A stretch of 64,000 nucleotides of DNA from the NCBI RefSeq assembly GCF_030144855.1, contig NC_082730.1:13206001-13270000 (forward strand), in the 5' to 3' direction. The DNA is from Hypanus sabinus (Eukaryota). The stretch's first letter is position 1. Each line of letters starts with the position of its first letter. The notes below the pieces were generated by a model, which had not been told where the DNA came from, made no database searches, and worked only from the letters and a program-made list of their open reading frames with translations. The translations under genes were made by a program, and so were the position numbers. Positions 13,601 through 25,550 of this stretch are shown here, one piece after another.

Positions 13601-16600
13601 TCTGGACCCTCTCCAAAGTCAACACATCTTTTCTTAGACTAAGGCACAAAATTGCTCAGAAACTTCCGTGTATTCCAACCAATGTCTTATAAAGCCTTAG
13701 CATTATATTTTTGCTCTTACATTCTAATCCTCTTGAAAGGAATGCTAACATTGCATTTGCCTTCCTCACCACTGACTCAACCTGCAAACTAACCTTTAGG
13801 GAATCCCACACAAGGACATCTAACTTCTGTTTATTTGAAATTTCTCCCCATTTAGAAATAGTCTTTGCCTTTATTCCTTGAACTTAAGTGCATGACTATA
13901 CACTTCCCCAAATATCCATATACTCTGTCACTCCTTTGCCCATTCTCCCAATTTTTCTTCTGCCTCTCTCTCCTTCTTAAAGAGTGGATTCACATTTGTA
14001 ATTTTCCAGTTCTCTAGAACTATTCCAGGAGATAGTGATTGTTAGAAGATCATTACTAATGCTTATGCAATTTCTTCAGCCAACTCCTTCAAAACCCTGG
14101 CGTGTATTCCATCTGGTTCAAGTGAATCTTCAAACCTTTCAGCCTTCCAAGCACTTTCTGCTTGGTAACTTCAACTACACTCACTTCTGCCCCGACCCTC
14201 TCGAATTTCTGGCATACTGTTCCACAGTGAAGACTGACGCAAAATACTTACGAAGTTCGTCTGCCACTAATTTGTTCTCCATTATTACCTCTCCAGCTTC
14301 ATTTTCCAGACATCTAATATTCACTCTTGCTTCCCTTTTACTCTTTATATATCTGAAAAACTTGGTATCCTCTTTTATATTATTGGCTAGCTTTCCTTCG
14401 TGTTTCATCCTTTCTCTCCTTTTTAGTTGCCTTCTGATTGTTTTAAAAGGTTCCCGGTGCTCTAACTTCCCATTAACATTTGCTGTATTGTATGTTCTCT
14501 TTTTTCTGCTCATGCTGCCTTTTACTTCCCTTGTCAGTCATGATTGCCTCATCCTCCCTTTAGAATACTTCTTCATTGTTGGAATGCATTTATTCTATGC
14601 CTTCTGAATTGCCCCCCAAAACTCCAGTCTGTGCTTGTTCTTCTGACATCTCTTCTGGTGTCCCCTTCCAATAAAATTTGGCCAGCTTCTGTCTCAAATT
14701 GCAGGATGAATTCTATCATATTATGATCACTTCCTTCCAAGGGTCCTTTTACCTTAAGCTCCCCAATCAAATCTGGTTCATGACACAGCTTCCAATCCTG
14801 AATCGCCTTTCCTCTAGTGGGGTCAACCACAAGCTGCTCTATAAATCTACAAATTCCCTCTCTTAGGACCCAACACCGACCTGATTTTTCCAATCAATCA
14901 GCATATCGAAATCCTCCATGACTACCATAAGATAGCCATTTGAACATGACTTTTCTATCTCCCTTTGTAATTTGTATCCCACATCCCGCCCAATGTTTGG
15001 AAGCCTGTATAGAACTTCTATCATGGTCTTTTTACCCCTGTAGTTTCTTTTAAGAGACTGTTAGATAGGGACATGGAGCTTAGCAAAATAGAGGGCTATG
15101 TGGTAGAGAAATTGTAGTAAACACAAAGTGCACTGCAGATGCTGTGGTCAAATCAAGACGTACAAAAAAGCTGGATGAACTCAGCAGGTCGGGCAGCATC
15201 CGTTGAAAGAAGCAGTCAATGTTTTGGGTCGAAACCCTTCGTCAGGACTAAAGAAGGAGGGGGCAGGGGCCCTATAAAGAAGGTGGGGAGAGGGTGGAAA
15301 ACCAATCAGAGGAAAGATCAAGGGGTGGGGGAGGGGTAGCGGGGGGGGGGATAGGTAGGAGAGGTGAAGAAGGAATCTAAGGGGAAAGCACTATGGGTAG
15401 TAGTTTGTAGGCAGTTTCTAGAGTAGGTTACATGGTAAGGACAATGTTGTGGGCCGAAGGGCCTGGAACGTGCTGTAGATTTCTATGTTTCAATGTTATT
15501 TGTACCCTTAAGGATTATACATCTTTCAATCATATGTCACTTCTTTCTAAGGATTTGATTTCATTTTTTTTACCATCAGAGCCACCCCATCCCTCTGCCT
15601 ACCTTCCTTTCTTTTCAATATAATGTGTATCTTTGGATGTTAAGCTCCATTTAAGAGCTTCTTTCAGCCACAACTCAGAGATGCCCACAATGTCATACCA
15701 AACAATCTCTAATTACGCCATGAGATTTTCCACCTTATTCTGTATACTGTGTGCATTCAAATATAACACCTTTGTGTAATTTTACACACCTTCATGTAAC
15801 AGCTGTATCTAAATGATCTTCAATTATGACTTCAGTTAAGGTCCTGTATTCATTACCCTTTTCTATTTTGTTCCCATGTTACACTTTAACACATCATAGA
15901 AACTTTGCCCCCATTGTCTGTCTGTTCTTCCTTACAATCTCACTACCCATTACATTTTCCTGTATACCAACTGTTCCATCCTCAACCCTATCATTGCAGT
16001 TCCCATTCCCACTGGTAAGTGAGTTTAAATTCTTCCCAACAGTTGTAGCAAACATACCCACATGGATATTAGTCCCCCTTGAGTTCAGGTGAAACCAATC
16101 ATTTTTGTACAGGTCACACCATTCCCCAGAAGAGATTCCACTGATCCACCAAAACTGCCTCCTACACCACTTCCTCAGCCACTCATTCATCTGCCAATTC
16201 TTGCTATTCTTACCCTCACAGGCATGTGGCTCAGGTAGCAATCCAGAGATTACTACCCTGGAGATCCTGCCTTTCACCTATCTACCTAACTACCTATATT
16301 CTCTCTTCAGGACTTCCTCCCTTTTCCTCACTATGTCTTTGGTACCAATAAGTACCACAACTTCTGGCTGCTCACCCTCCGCATTTAGAATATTGTGGAT
16401 CTGATCCGAGACATCCCTGACCTTGGCAAGTGGAAGGCACAATCGATTTGGGTGTCTTTTTTATGTCTTGAGTTCCCAACTGGCATAGTAAGACCCTATA
16501 TTCTGTCTTCAGAACCTCCTCCCTTTTCCTCCCTGTGTCATTTGCACCACAACTTCCCCATTTAGAATATTGTGGGTCTGATCCGAGTCGTCCCTGATCC

Positions 16601-19600
16601 TGGCAACTGGAAGGCACAATCCATCTGGGTGTCCTTTTTATGTCTGCGGAATCTCCTGTGTGCTCCTCTGTCTGTGGAATTCCCTATCACTACTACACTC
16701 CTCTCCTTTACATTTGACCTACCAAGGTGCAACACTTCACAGTTGGCCAGGTTAAACTCCATCTGCCAGTTGCCCTCTCATATCTGCAACTGAAAGCATT
16801 CATGGACTTTCAGCTTCTTCCTGCTACAGATGATAATCAGCTCTTTGGTTTTCTGTAGCCCTGGCATCACTTAACCAGACCTTCATTCACACTTCTGTGA
16901 GCCAATTCGTCATCACTTTTGATCCGGCCAACAAACAGCTGTGAATTCTGTAAGCTTATAAATGGTAGTGGATCTGTACTTAGCCTCACTCTCATAAGTA
17001 TAAAGTGAGTAGAGCTGGGGATAAGCATCCTCAGACAAGGGGAAATCTACAAGAGCTGAACAACCTTCCACCAACTTGCAGGACTTCGGGATGTGGGAAG
17101 CAATCGGAGCACATCAGGTGAAGACCAGGAAGACTCCACACAGAAAACACCGGAGATCAGGAGTAGATCCAGGTTGGTGGAGCTGTCAGTCCACAACTGT
17201 ACGAGCTGCTCCATTGTGCTGCTTCCAACACCTGAAGTCCTGTGGCATAATTGTGATGGTGAGCTAAGACAGGAATCTTAGTCTGCATGGGCCATTTGAG
17301 TTGAAGGGCAGGTTTCCATGTCATATTAATCTCTGATACTATGATATCCCCAAATGACATATTATTTTCCTCCAACCTTTATGCTGATCAAATTAAATGA
17401 AATATATGATGTCGATTAAAGATACTTGCATTACAGCAGAATTATCAAACTGTGATCTTAATCAGACAATAGTTATTAATTTGAAGATGACAGTTGAAAT
17501 CTCACCTTTTTCTGTCTTTAGAAACTTCTGGTCTTTTTATTGTTGCTGGGGAGAGATGTTAAAATAGACACATTAACCCAATTTATAAACAATTACAGCA
17601 CAAAATAACTTTAATTTTTGTCAGCCTATGGGTTGGGCATTGTGGTGGAGCAGCAGAACATTCAGATCTATTTACGGCATGTGCCGTGCATCGAAACAGA
17701 CGGTGAATTGCATCGTTTGCATTAACAAGCAGCACACCACAGGATAGGCTGAGAGCCAGGCCACAAGGGTTGTCACTCATTCTTGCTCTAATACATCACA
17801 CCCACAATGTTCAGCAGAACAACACAGGACATAACAAGCAAACAAGCAGCTGGTAAAGCAAGTCAGAAACACACAACATCAGCAGTAATATTATTTTGTG
17901 CCGGAGCAGTGTGAAGCTCTGAATCGCTTATTATTTCTGCTTCTTAGCTCCTTAAGTCAACTTATCGAGTTCAGGAAGCAGACTGTGATACAACACGGAG
18001 ACAGACACCTCGGCACACAGTCTGGTCCTATTTAATTCTCTCTCACTTTTCCATCAATTCACTTCAAATTCTTACAAGGGGAATTTTACAAGAGCCAATT
18101 AACCTTCCACCTACTCCTATGTCTTTGGGATACTGGAGCAATTGGAGGAAATAAGGTGAAGGCAAGAAAAGCTCCACAGAGAAAGCAACAGAGATCAGGA
18201 TTAAATCCAGGTTGATGGAACTGTGAGTTCACAGTTTATGAGTTGCACCATAACAGGTTCTGAGCATATACTACCAGGCTCTAGGACAGCACTTATTCTG
18301 CTATTATCAAACTCTTAAGTGGACCTCGTGTATACTAAATAATGAACTCTTGATCTCTCAGTCCACCTCATCATGGCCCTTGTAATCTATCCTGACTGCA
18401 TATTCTCTGTGATTAACACTACTCTGTTTTCTTTTACAACCTTGACATGCTTGGATCTGCCTGGATGGTGCATAAACAATGTTTTTCACTGTCTCTCGAT
18501 ACATGTGACAATAATAAACCAATAATGTTAATAAACCAATATCAATCTCAAGAGTCATAGATGCAAAGATCAATAAAAAGACCAAAAAGATTCTGCAGGC
18601 ACTGGAAGTATTTAGTAATGCACACAATATGGTTGAGGATCTTGGCAGATCCCTCCATGGAGGGAAATAAACAGTTGATGTTTCATGCTAATACCCTTCA
18701 CCCGTCCCAATGAAGCATCTTGTCTGGAAACGTTGACATTTATTCCTGTCCATAGCTGCTGCCTGACCTGCTGAGTTCCTTCAGCATTTTGTGTGTGAAG
18801 ATGAGGAAGAAGATAGAGCTCAACCTAACAGTGGTGAGCAGTCTGGACACAAAATAGGGAAAACTGTGAAATATGAGGAGAAGGAAGATGCATAGAAATA
18901 GAATGGAGGAAGATATAAGACTGTGAGACAATAGGAACACAATTATGCCATTTGCCCCATCAAGTCTTCTCCACCACGCTATCACGATTATTACCCTTCC
19001 CAACCCCATACTCCTGCTTTCTCCCCATAACCTTTGACAACCAAGAACCTCCACTTTAAATATATCCAATGATTTGGCCTCCATAGTCTTCTGAAACAAA
19101 GTATTCTAACTGGCTAAAGAAATTCCTCCTCATCACTATTCCAAAGGGACGTCCCTCTATGGAGTAGAAAGCCAGTAAAGACTGAAGATTTGCATGTTTG
19201 TAAGCACTAAACCACAGAAATTTTAGGTTGATTCGTACCTTCAAAAATCTCCAGGATTTTAATCTGCACAATCTCAAAGTAAACTGTGTCTGTTGCTCCA
19301 CACCAGTACTCTCCTTTATCTCCTTCGTTGGTCTGCTTTATGGTGACAGCAAAATCAGTGGAATTGTTTACGATGATTGTTAGGTTTCTGCTGCCGTATT
19401 TAGAGCTAGCTATCACACTGCACCTATTCACAGAGGTTACTTTACACAGGAAATTCTCATATGATTTAAATTGCTGCTCATAGTGGCAGTGTAGGCTGGT
19501 GGCAGTTTGCATCACACCCTTCACCGTGGTATTGTCTGCTGTCCATGAACCTGCTGGTAAATGAGAAAAGGAAGAAATGAGAGGTCTACAGTATTGGGAA

Positions 19601-22600
19601 TCGTGCTTCAGTGCTGCATTTAGCTGGGGCTGTGTGAAAGGACTACTGACCATGAATGGGAGGGAGCCCAGCAGAATAGGCCTTGCCAAGTCTAAGAGAT
19701 AATGCAAGAAGTTACGAAGGCTAAAGGAAAGCATGAAATTGCTGTAGCAGACAAGCTGAAGGAGAATCTCAAGGGAATCTACAGGTATGCTGAGATCAAA
19801 AGAATTGCAAGGGACAAAATTGGTCCTCTGGAAGACCAGAATGTTAATCCATGTGTGGAGCCAAAACAGATGGGGGAGATTTTAAATGCATTCTTTGCAC
19901 CTGTATATTCTTGCGAGACAGATACAGAGTTTATAGATGCGAGGCAAAGCAGTATCAACTTCATAGACCCCGTACAGATTACAGAGGAGGAGGTGTTTGC
20001 TACTCTTTGGCAAATCAGGGTGGATAATTCTCCACAGCCTGACAGAGTGTTCCCTCGGAGCCTGTGGGAGGGAAATGCAGAAATTGCCAGGGCCCCAGCA
20101 GAGATATTCAAAACATCTTTAGTGCCAGGATAGTTACAATAGGATTGAGGGATAGCCGATGTTGTTCCACTATTTAAAAAAGACTTTAAACAGAAACCGG
20201 GAAATTATAGGCCGGTGAGCCTGATGTCAGTTGTGGCGAAGTTATTGGGAGGTATTCTCAGAGACCAGATATATAAGTATTTGTAGAGACATGGACAGGT
20301 TAATGATAGTCAGCATGGCTTAGTGCGTGGTAGATCATGTCTAACCAATCTTACAGAATTTTTTGAGGAAGATAGCAGGAATTTGGATGAAGGCAAGTCA
20401 GTAGATGTTATCTACATGGACTTTAGTAAGGCATTTGTTAAGGTCCTGCATGGGTAGCTGGTGAAGAAGGTCCAGCTGCTTGGCATGCTGGGATTGACCT
20501 AGAATGGTAGGGCACTGAGGAGTGTGGTAGACAAAGTGATCTGGGAATACAAGTTCATAATTCATTGAAAGTTGTGTCACAGTTAGATAGGATCGTAAAG
20601 AAAGCTTTTGACACTTTGCCCTTCAGGAATCAAAGTACTGAGTCCCCAACATGGGATGTTGTGTTAAAGATGTATAAGATATTGGTGAGGCCAAATTTGG
20701 AGTATTGTGTGCAGTTTTGGTCATCTACCTGCAGGAAAGTTATAAATAAGGTTGAAAGAGGGCAGAGAAAATTTACAAGGATCTTGCTGGGTCTGGAGGA
20801 CCTGAGTTATAAGGGAAGATTGAATAGGTTAGCCTTGTATTTTTTAAGAATGTAGAAGATTAAGAGGAGATTTGAAAGGGGTACAGAAAATTAGGAGGGG
20901 TATAGATAGGGTAAATGCAAGTAAGCTTGTTCCACTGAGGTTGGGTGGGACTACAACCAGGGGTTAAGAGTGAAAGGTGAGAACTTTAAGGGACACATGA
21001 GGGGAATCTTCTTCACTCAGAGGGTCATGAGAGTGAGGAATGAGCTGCCAGCACAAGCAGTCTATGTGATTTCAATACTTAAGAGAAGTTTGAATAGGTA
21101 CATGGATAGTAGCGATATGGAGGACTATGATCCCGGTGCAGGTTGCTGAAGGTGGGCAGATTAAATGGTTTTGGCATCATCTAGATGGATCAAAGGGCCT
21201 GTTTCTGTGCTGTACTTCTCTATGACTCTATCATGTACAGTACTGTGAAAAGACTCGGGCACATGTAAAAAAATTCTGTAAAGCGAAAATATTTTAAAAA
21301 TAATGAAATGAAAGTATTATGAATATCAAAAAAATGATGAAAAGCTAAATCAAATCAATATTTGGTGTGATCACACTTTGCCTTTAAAGCTACATCTGCA
21401 GCTTTATAAGGAAATTGACTGGTGGGTTCTTCCAAGGATCTTGGAGAACTTGCCACAGTTCTTCTGAAAGACTTTGACTGTCTCAGTTGCTTCAGTCTCT
21501 CTAGGTTATCCCAGACGGCCTTAATCATGTTGAGATCAGGGCTCTTTGGAGGCCATATCATCAGTTGCAGATCTCCTTGTTCTTATTTTTTGCTGAAGGT
21601 AGTTCTTTATGACCTTAGCCATGTGTTTGGGGTCATTGGCATGCTGCAGAATGAAGTTGGGACTGATCAGACACCTCCCTGATGGATGAGAAGTTGCTTG
21701 TACTTCTCAACATTGAAGATTCCAGTAATTCTAACCAGACCATCAAATCTATTTGCAGAAATGCCGCTGCAATCCTGCAGGGGACCCCTGCCATGCTTCA
21801 CTGTTGGCTGCAGACACTCATCCATGTCACACTCGCTAGCTCTTTTACAGACAAACGGCCTCCTGTCCGAGTCAAAAGGTTCGAATTCTGACTCACCGGT
21901 CCAGAGCGCTTGCTGCCATTGTTCAACACCCCAGTCTTTACGTCTGTAGATGAGTCTCTTGGCTTTGCTTCAACTTTGGATGAATGCTTTTTGGCAGCAA
22001 CTCTTCCATGAAGACCACTCCCGACAATATTACTTTGGACTATAGAGGGTTGTACTTGTTTTTGTACGTTCAGAGCTGATAGCATTTCTGATCATCTGCT
22101 TTGGAGAAACCTTACTGATGCAAGATATCGCACTGTGTCTTGTTGCTATTGACTTCTCTTGCCATGGTTTAAAAATTGATGATTTGAAGGTTAAACTGTG
22201 AGACCTGCCACACCCTCTCCTTTTAGTTTGTTTGTCCTTTGCCCAGTTTGATTCCTTCTACACCCGTTACTGTTTCAGTTAAATCAGTTTAGTTCATTCA
22301 ACTCATTATGTCATTGGTCATTAGCAGGTGATTGTCATCATTGTTTAATCATGCACTGGATGATATACTGTACTTACACGGTAATCAAGTTTTATTTGAA
22401 AAGTGGTCTATTACTTAATATATTACTTTCTTTAACAAAACCTAAAAATTTCTCTGTAACATTAAATTTTTTTGGGAGAATGAATGTTGGGAAATCTAAA
22501 CTTGCTCTTTTCTACTGACACACTAATGCAAAAGACAAATATTAAACATCTAAAACAAACTTTATATGAAAAAATCTAGCAAGCCTAAGACTTTTGCACT

Positions 22601-25271
22601 GTACTGTATTGCCAAGAAAAAGGCTCTTTGGCCACTGTGTTCAGTCAGTGGGTGGGAGACTAATAGTTTCCCCATGAAATGCTCTCTTGGAAGAAGGTAG
22701 GAGAATGGGGTTCAGAGGAAAAATAAATCAACTAGGATGGAATGGCAGAAAAGTTTTGATAAGTGAAATGTTCTAATTTTGCTTCTGTGTCTTATTCTGG
22801 GTCAGAATGAACCACAGGAAGAGCGAGGTCATGCTCTTTGGGAACGGGCCCAACCTTTCAATGACCCCCTTCGCCGTCAGACCGGACTACCTGAGCTGCT
22901 GAGTTCCTGCAGTATTTTGTGTTCATTGCAACCATTTAACTAATTTCTGTATCAGAAACTGTTCTCTTCCCTCTCATTCCTGATGCAGGGTCTGAATCTG
23001 ACTTGCACCTTTCACATCTACAGTTGCAATGTGACCTCCTCAGTCCTTTTAGTATTTCATGTCTTGTTTCAGTGTCTAGAATCTGTTGTCTCTTCTGTCT
23101 TCTCTGATAACTCTTTGGGAAGTGAAGGTTGCATCATGATCAATATGTTCATTATGGAACTACAGTCTGGCTGGTACCCTGCCTTAAACCTAAGCCTTAC
23201 CTGTGGAAATCTTTAGCATTACAATGTCTGATTCATGAATAGTCTGCCCATTGACAGAATATCCACATGAGTATATCCCTGAATCGCTCTCCACAAGTTC
23301 TCTCATAGTTACAAACACAGATCCATTCTGTCTTTTGATTGATGTTCTTCTATTGGCTTTATGGGTGACAGTTCCCACTATGATAGTGCAATGTTCTGAG
23401 GAGTATGCTTTACACCAGACTATGTTTCTCGATTTCGGCGCATGTGGACATTCCATTGTGACTGTTTCTCCCACTCCTGCTCGTATCACCATCTTGGAAA
23501 CTTGCGCCAATGAATCTGTCAGTAAAATTTAAAGTCAAGATATTAATATTTATTTATTGATTTTGTTTTATTTACAGATATAGCACAGTAGCAGGCCCTA
23601 CTGGCCCAATGAGCCTGCGCAATCCAATTGCACCCATATAACCAATTAACTGTCTAACTTGTATGCCTTTAGAATGTGGGACAAAACCAGAGCACGTGGA
23701 GGAAACACACACAGTCACAAGGCGAATGAACAAGCTGCGTGCAGACAGTATCGGGAATTGAACCTGGATTGCTAGTGCTGTAATAGTGATACGTAGAATA
23801 TAAAATACTACAGCACAGTAGAGAAAGCGGTGGAATTGACCCTGGATCACTAGCATTGTAATAGCATTACATAGAACATAGAACACAACAGCAGCTTACA
23901 GATACTTTGGCCCATGATATTGAGTCAATATTTTAACCTACACTCAGATCAATCTAACCCTACACAGCCATCTATTTTTTCCCCTATCATCTCTGTGTCT
24001 ATCTAAGGGTCTCTTAAATGTCTCTTATGTACCTGCTCTACCATCAACCCTGGCAGGGCATTCCAACAATCACCCAATTTAAGTTTAGAAATAATCTACC
24101 CTTGACGTCCCCCCTCTTCCCTCCACCAATAACCTTACATTATGCCCCTTGTATTAGCCAATTCACATTGGAAAATGTCTCCAACTGTCCACTTGATTAA
24201 TGCCTCTTATCATCTTGTACACCTCTATCATGTCACCTCTCATCTTCCTTCAGTCCAAAGTGAAGAGCCCCGACTCACTGGACCCACCTTTGTACAACAC
24301 GTCTAATCCTGGCAGGAGCCTGGTAAATCTCCAATAACCATGACACCTCCATGCGGATAATTCATAGAATCTGAGCAAAATATTTCCATAAACACGTTTC
24401 ATGTAACTTAATCTCTGCTCACTTCTCCAGATCAACGGCTAATTATTATTACAACATAAAATGAAGCCATTTCAGCCCTTTGGGTCTATGCAGTTTCATT
24501 TCCTACCAGTCCTTACAAAGAGTTGCTATAGACTAGATGGATCAAATAGCCTCCCACCATACCGAACCCTATCATTTTCTGACGTGATGGCCCTCAGTTC
24601 TTAAAGGACTAGACAGTCATTACTGTGTTGCCTATTGTGGAAGTTTGCAATGCACAAATTGGCTGTTGGGTTTTCTGCATACCTTCGCACTTCAAAACTA
24701 CTTCGTTGTTTGTGAAGTGTGCTGTGGAATTTTCACAGACCTGTGGATTAAGTACCATAGAAATAGGTCCTTCTGCTCACTGAGTCTGTGCAGACCATGA
24801 AATACTCACTTCCATGAATCCCTTTCTCTTCCCCTCAGGCTCCCATCAACACCCCCTAGATACCATGGAGAATTATCCGATCATGCTGTATATCTTTGGG
24901 ATGTGGGACGGTGGGGTAATTCGAAAACCCGGAGGAAACTCACACAGGGAGACATACCACACCAAAGAACTGGAGGACAGATTAGTCCAAAAGCAAACCC
25001 TCTGTGCTGCACGTACTCCATAGAATTTCTTTATGAATCCACCCCTCCACTACCTTTGTCTCAGCTCACTATACCTCGTACTGAAAAGTAAAATTGATTG
25101 TCACCTTTCCTGATCCCTGTTGCTTATTCTCAGCAGTAGTGTTTCACCCCATGTCTGGATATCAATGACAATTTTTAAGGTTATATATAACTAGATACTA
25201 TAGGTCAATATACGTGAAAAGATATTCTTACTTGAAATCACAGAGATCAATAGCAGAGCAGCAAACAGCAT
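4474..25271 (-). CDS. Gene 1: two-Ig-V-domain CD300/pIgR-like (CMRF35-like/PIGRL/MDIR-type) inhibitory receptor, 7 coding exons, 347 aa
   Basis: Manual splice join(25271-25232, 23515-23201, 19550-19239, 17545-17506, 11567-11449, 7327-7290, 4653-4474) = 1044 nt. All introns are GT-AG, phases 1,1,1,2,1,0 are mutually consistent, and there is no internal stop. Protein: signal peptide MLFAALLLISVISNSLA; D1; D2; stalk ATIKRPEVSKDRKSSGPQ; TM IWYILVPLLLGLLVLLLIVLLI; KIRRR; tail with VTYSTI and VEYSAL. Family assignment rests on the four-Cys V domains with a CX7C motif and a CD300LF-like exon layout; no orthology is claimed. Confidence 0.88.
6612..6862 (+). mobile_element. CORE-type tRNA SINE
   Basis: tRNA-like head followed by the CORE-like block gtgtctttgagcaaggcacttaac. 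Confidence 0.6.
7290..7327 (-). CDS. Gene 1 exon 6 (short cytoplasmic exon NNNRNPETSTTAK)
   Basis: Strong acceptor tttttttttcttttgcag|AT and donor AAG|gtgaga; 38 nt, phase 1 to 0. Confidence 0.82.
7930..8950 (-). mobile_element. Penelope-like element fragment (RT end + GIY-YIG region + 3' end)
   Basis: MEEQYLVFHLSAFQPDGMNINFS and other GIY-YIG C-terminal motifs shared with the copies at 25650 and 29540. Confidence 0.72.
9540..9800 (-). mobile_element. Rex1/Babar-like LINE 3' fragment
   Basis: HCRGKTAFIIRDAEHPSHAVLTLLPS is a typical post-RT C-terminus of this clade. Confidence 0.6.
11449..11567 (-). CDS. Gene 1 exon 5 (transmembrane + basic juxtamembrane)
   Basis: Acceptor cttattttttag|C and donor ACA A|gtaagt; 119 nt. 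Encodes SGPQIWYILVPLLLGLLVLLLIVLLIKIRRRPLKTVTPT with no charged residue in the TM. Confidence 0.9.
12150..12400 (-). mobile_element. Rex1/Babar-like LINE RT C-terminal fragment
   Basis: GIEVDRVSGFKFLGINLSENLYWDQHISDVTKK motif. Confidence 0.65.
13100..14930 (-). mobile_element. CR1 LINE ORF2 fragments (degenerate)
   Basis: KLANNIKEDTKFFRYIKSKREARVNI...YFASVFT and EQLVVDPTRGKAIQD motifs, plus a CR1 3' end near 13130-13300; many stops and frameshifts. Confidence 0.8.
15110..15410 (-). mobile_element. Penelope-like 3' end inserted in a CR1 region
   Basis: Same terminus as 29960-30230 (tcctgacgaagggtttcgacccaaaac...gatgctgcccgacctgctgagttc). Confidence 0.7.
15500..16470 (-). mobile_element. CR1 LINE ORF1 esterase (SGNH) region and start of ORF2 endonuclease
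   Basis: SRVVISGLLPEP...NEWLRKWCRRQ...HLNSRGTNI is ORF1 esterase-like; LNAHSIQNK...YDIVGISELWLKE is the APE N-terminus near 15650-15770. Confidence 0.8.
17506..17545 (-). CDS. Gene 1 exon 4 (stalk ATIKRPEVSKDRK)
   Basis: Acceptor catctctccccag|CA and donor AAA AG|gtgag; 40 nt. It is phase 1 in and phase 2 out, exactly bridging D2 and the phase-2 TM exon. Confidence 0.85.
19239..19550 (-). CDS. Gene 1 exon 3 (Ig V domain D2)
   Basis: Acceptor tttaccagcag|GT and donor GAA G|gtacg; 312 nt. Motifs LHCHY, FLCKVTSVNRC (CX7C) and DKGEYWCG. Confidence 0.92.
19690..21232 (+). mobile_element. CR1 LINE RT to 3' end in intron 2 of gene 1 (copy at ~48535-50077)
   Basis: PGNYRPVSL, SQHG and LVRPNLEYCVQFWS motifs with deletions; ends in ctctatgactctat. 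Confidence 0.85.
21238..22606 (-). mobile_element. Tc1/mariner DNA transposon, defective
   Basis: Imperfect ~26-bp TIRs (cagtactgtgaaaagactcgggc at left; gcctaagacttttgcactgtactg at right) flanked by TA on both sides. Transposase remnant WPPKSPDLNMIKAVW, with the catalytic E of SPDLNPIE replaced by K. Confidence 0.85.
23201..23515 (-). CDS. Gene 1 exon 2 (Ig V domain D1)
   Basis: Acceptor ttttactgacag|AT and donor ACA G|gtaag; 315 nt. Motifs VTMECPH, VWCKAYSSEHC (CX7C) and DSGIYSCG. Confidence 0.93.
25232..25271 (-). CDS. Gene 1 exon 1 (leader peptide MLFAALLLISVIS)
   Basis: ATG at 25271, hydrophobic leader, then TCA A|gtaag donor (phase 1). Confidence 0.88.
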
Positions 25272-25320
25272 TGTTCCAGTGACGGTCCTCTGTTTCCAGT
25301 GACTGCGTCTACAATATACA

Positions 25321-25370
25321 TTTCTTCCTCTTTTTTTAAAAGATCTGTCATGGCTTGCATCATTTCCTCT
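25321..25370 (-). promoter_or_regulatory. Putative proximal promoter of gene 1 with two ETS/PU.1-like GAGGAA cores
   Basis: Minus strand aaaaaaagaggaagaa (~25321-25337) and aagaggaaatg (~25361-25371) lie 50-100 nt upstream of the ATG. A purine-rich GAGGAA is the established PU.1/Spi core. The site is duplicated at ~54169-54218. Confidence 0.4.
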
Positions 25371-25550
25371 TAAATTAACAAATGTCTTTGCAATGTCAAA
25401 CAAAAAATGGGACATTAACAAATGTCTTTTTTCTCATGTTACTGTGTATATTGTTAATAGTTTCCAGTTTGGGGAAACTGGAAGATGACTCTTAATTGAA
25501 TATAACTGCACACAGAGACGAGAACAGCTGCTAAAAAAGTAGCATTACCT

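Noticed and set aside
19400-19460. D2 lacks the canonical C-strand Trp (NFLCK instead of KYWCK)
   Set aside because: Hydrophobic substitution at this position is tolerated in pIgR/CD300-type domains; all four Cys are retained, so it is not evidence of pseudogenisation.
19551-19734. N-terminal extension of the 175-aa ORF 19207..19734 (MLSFSLRNFLHY...)
   Set aside because: It is intron sequence and the antisense strand of a CR1 element fortuitously in frame with the D2 exon; the real exon starts at the acceptor at 19550.
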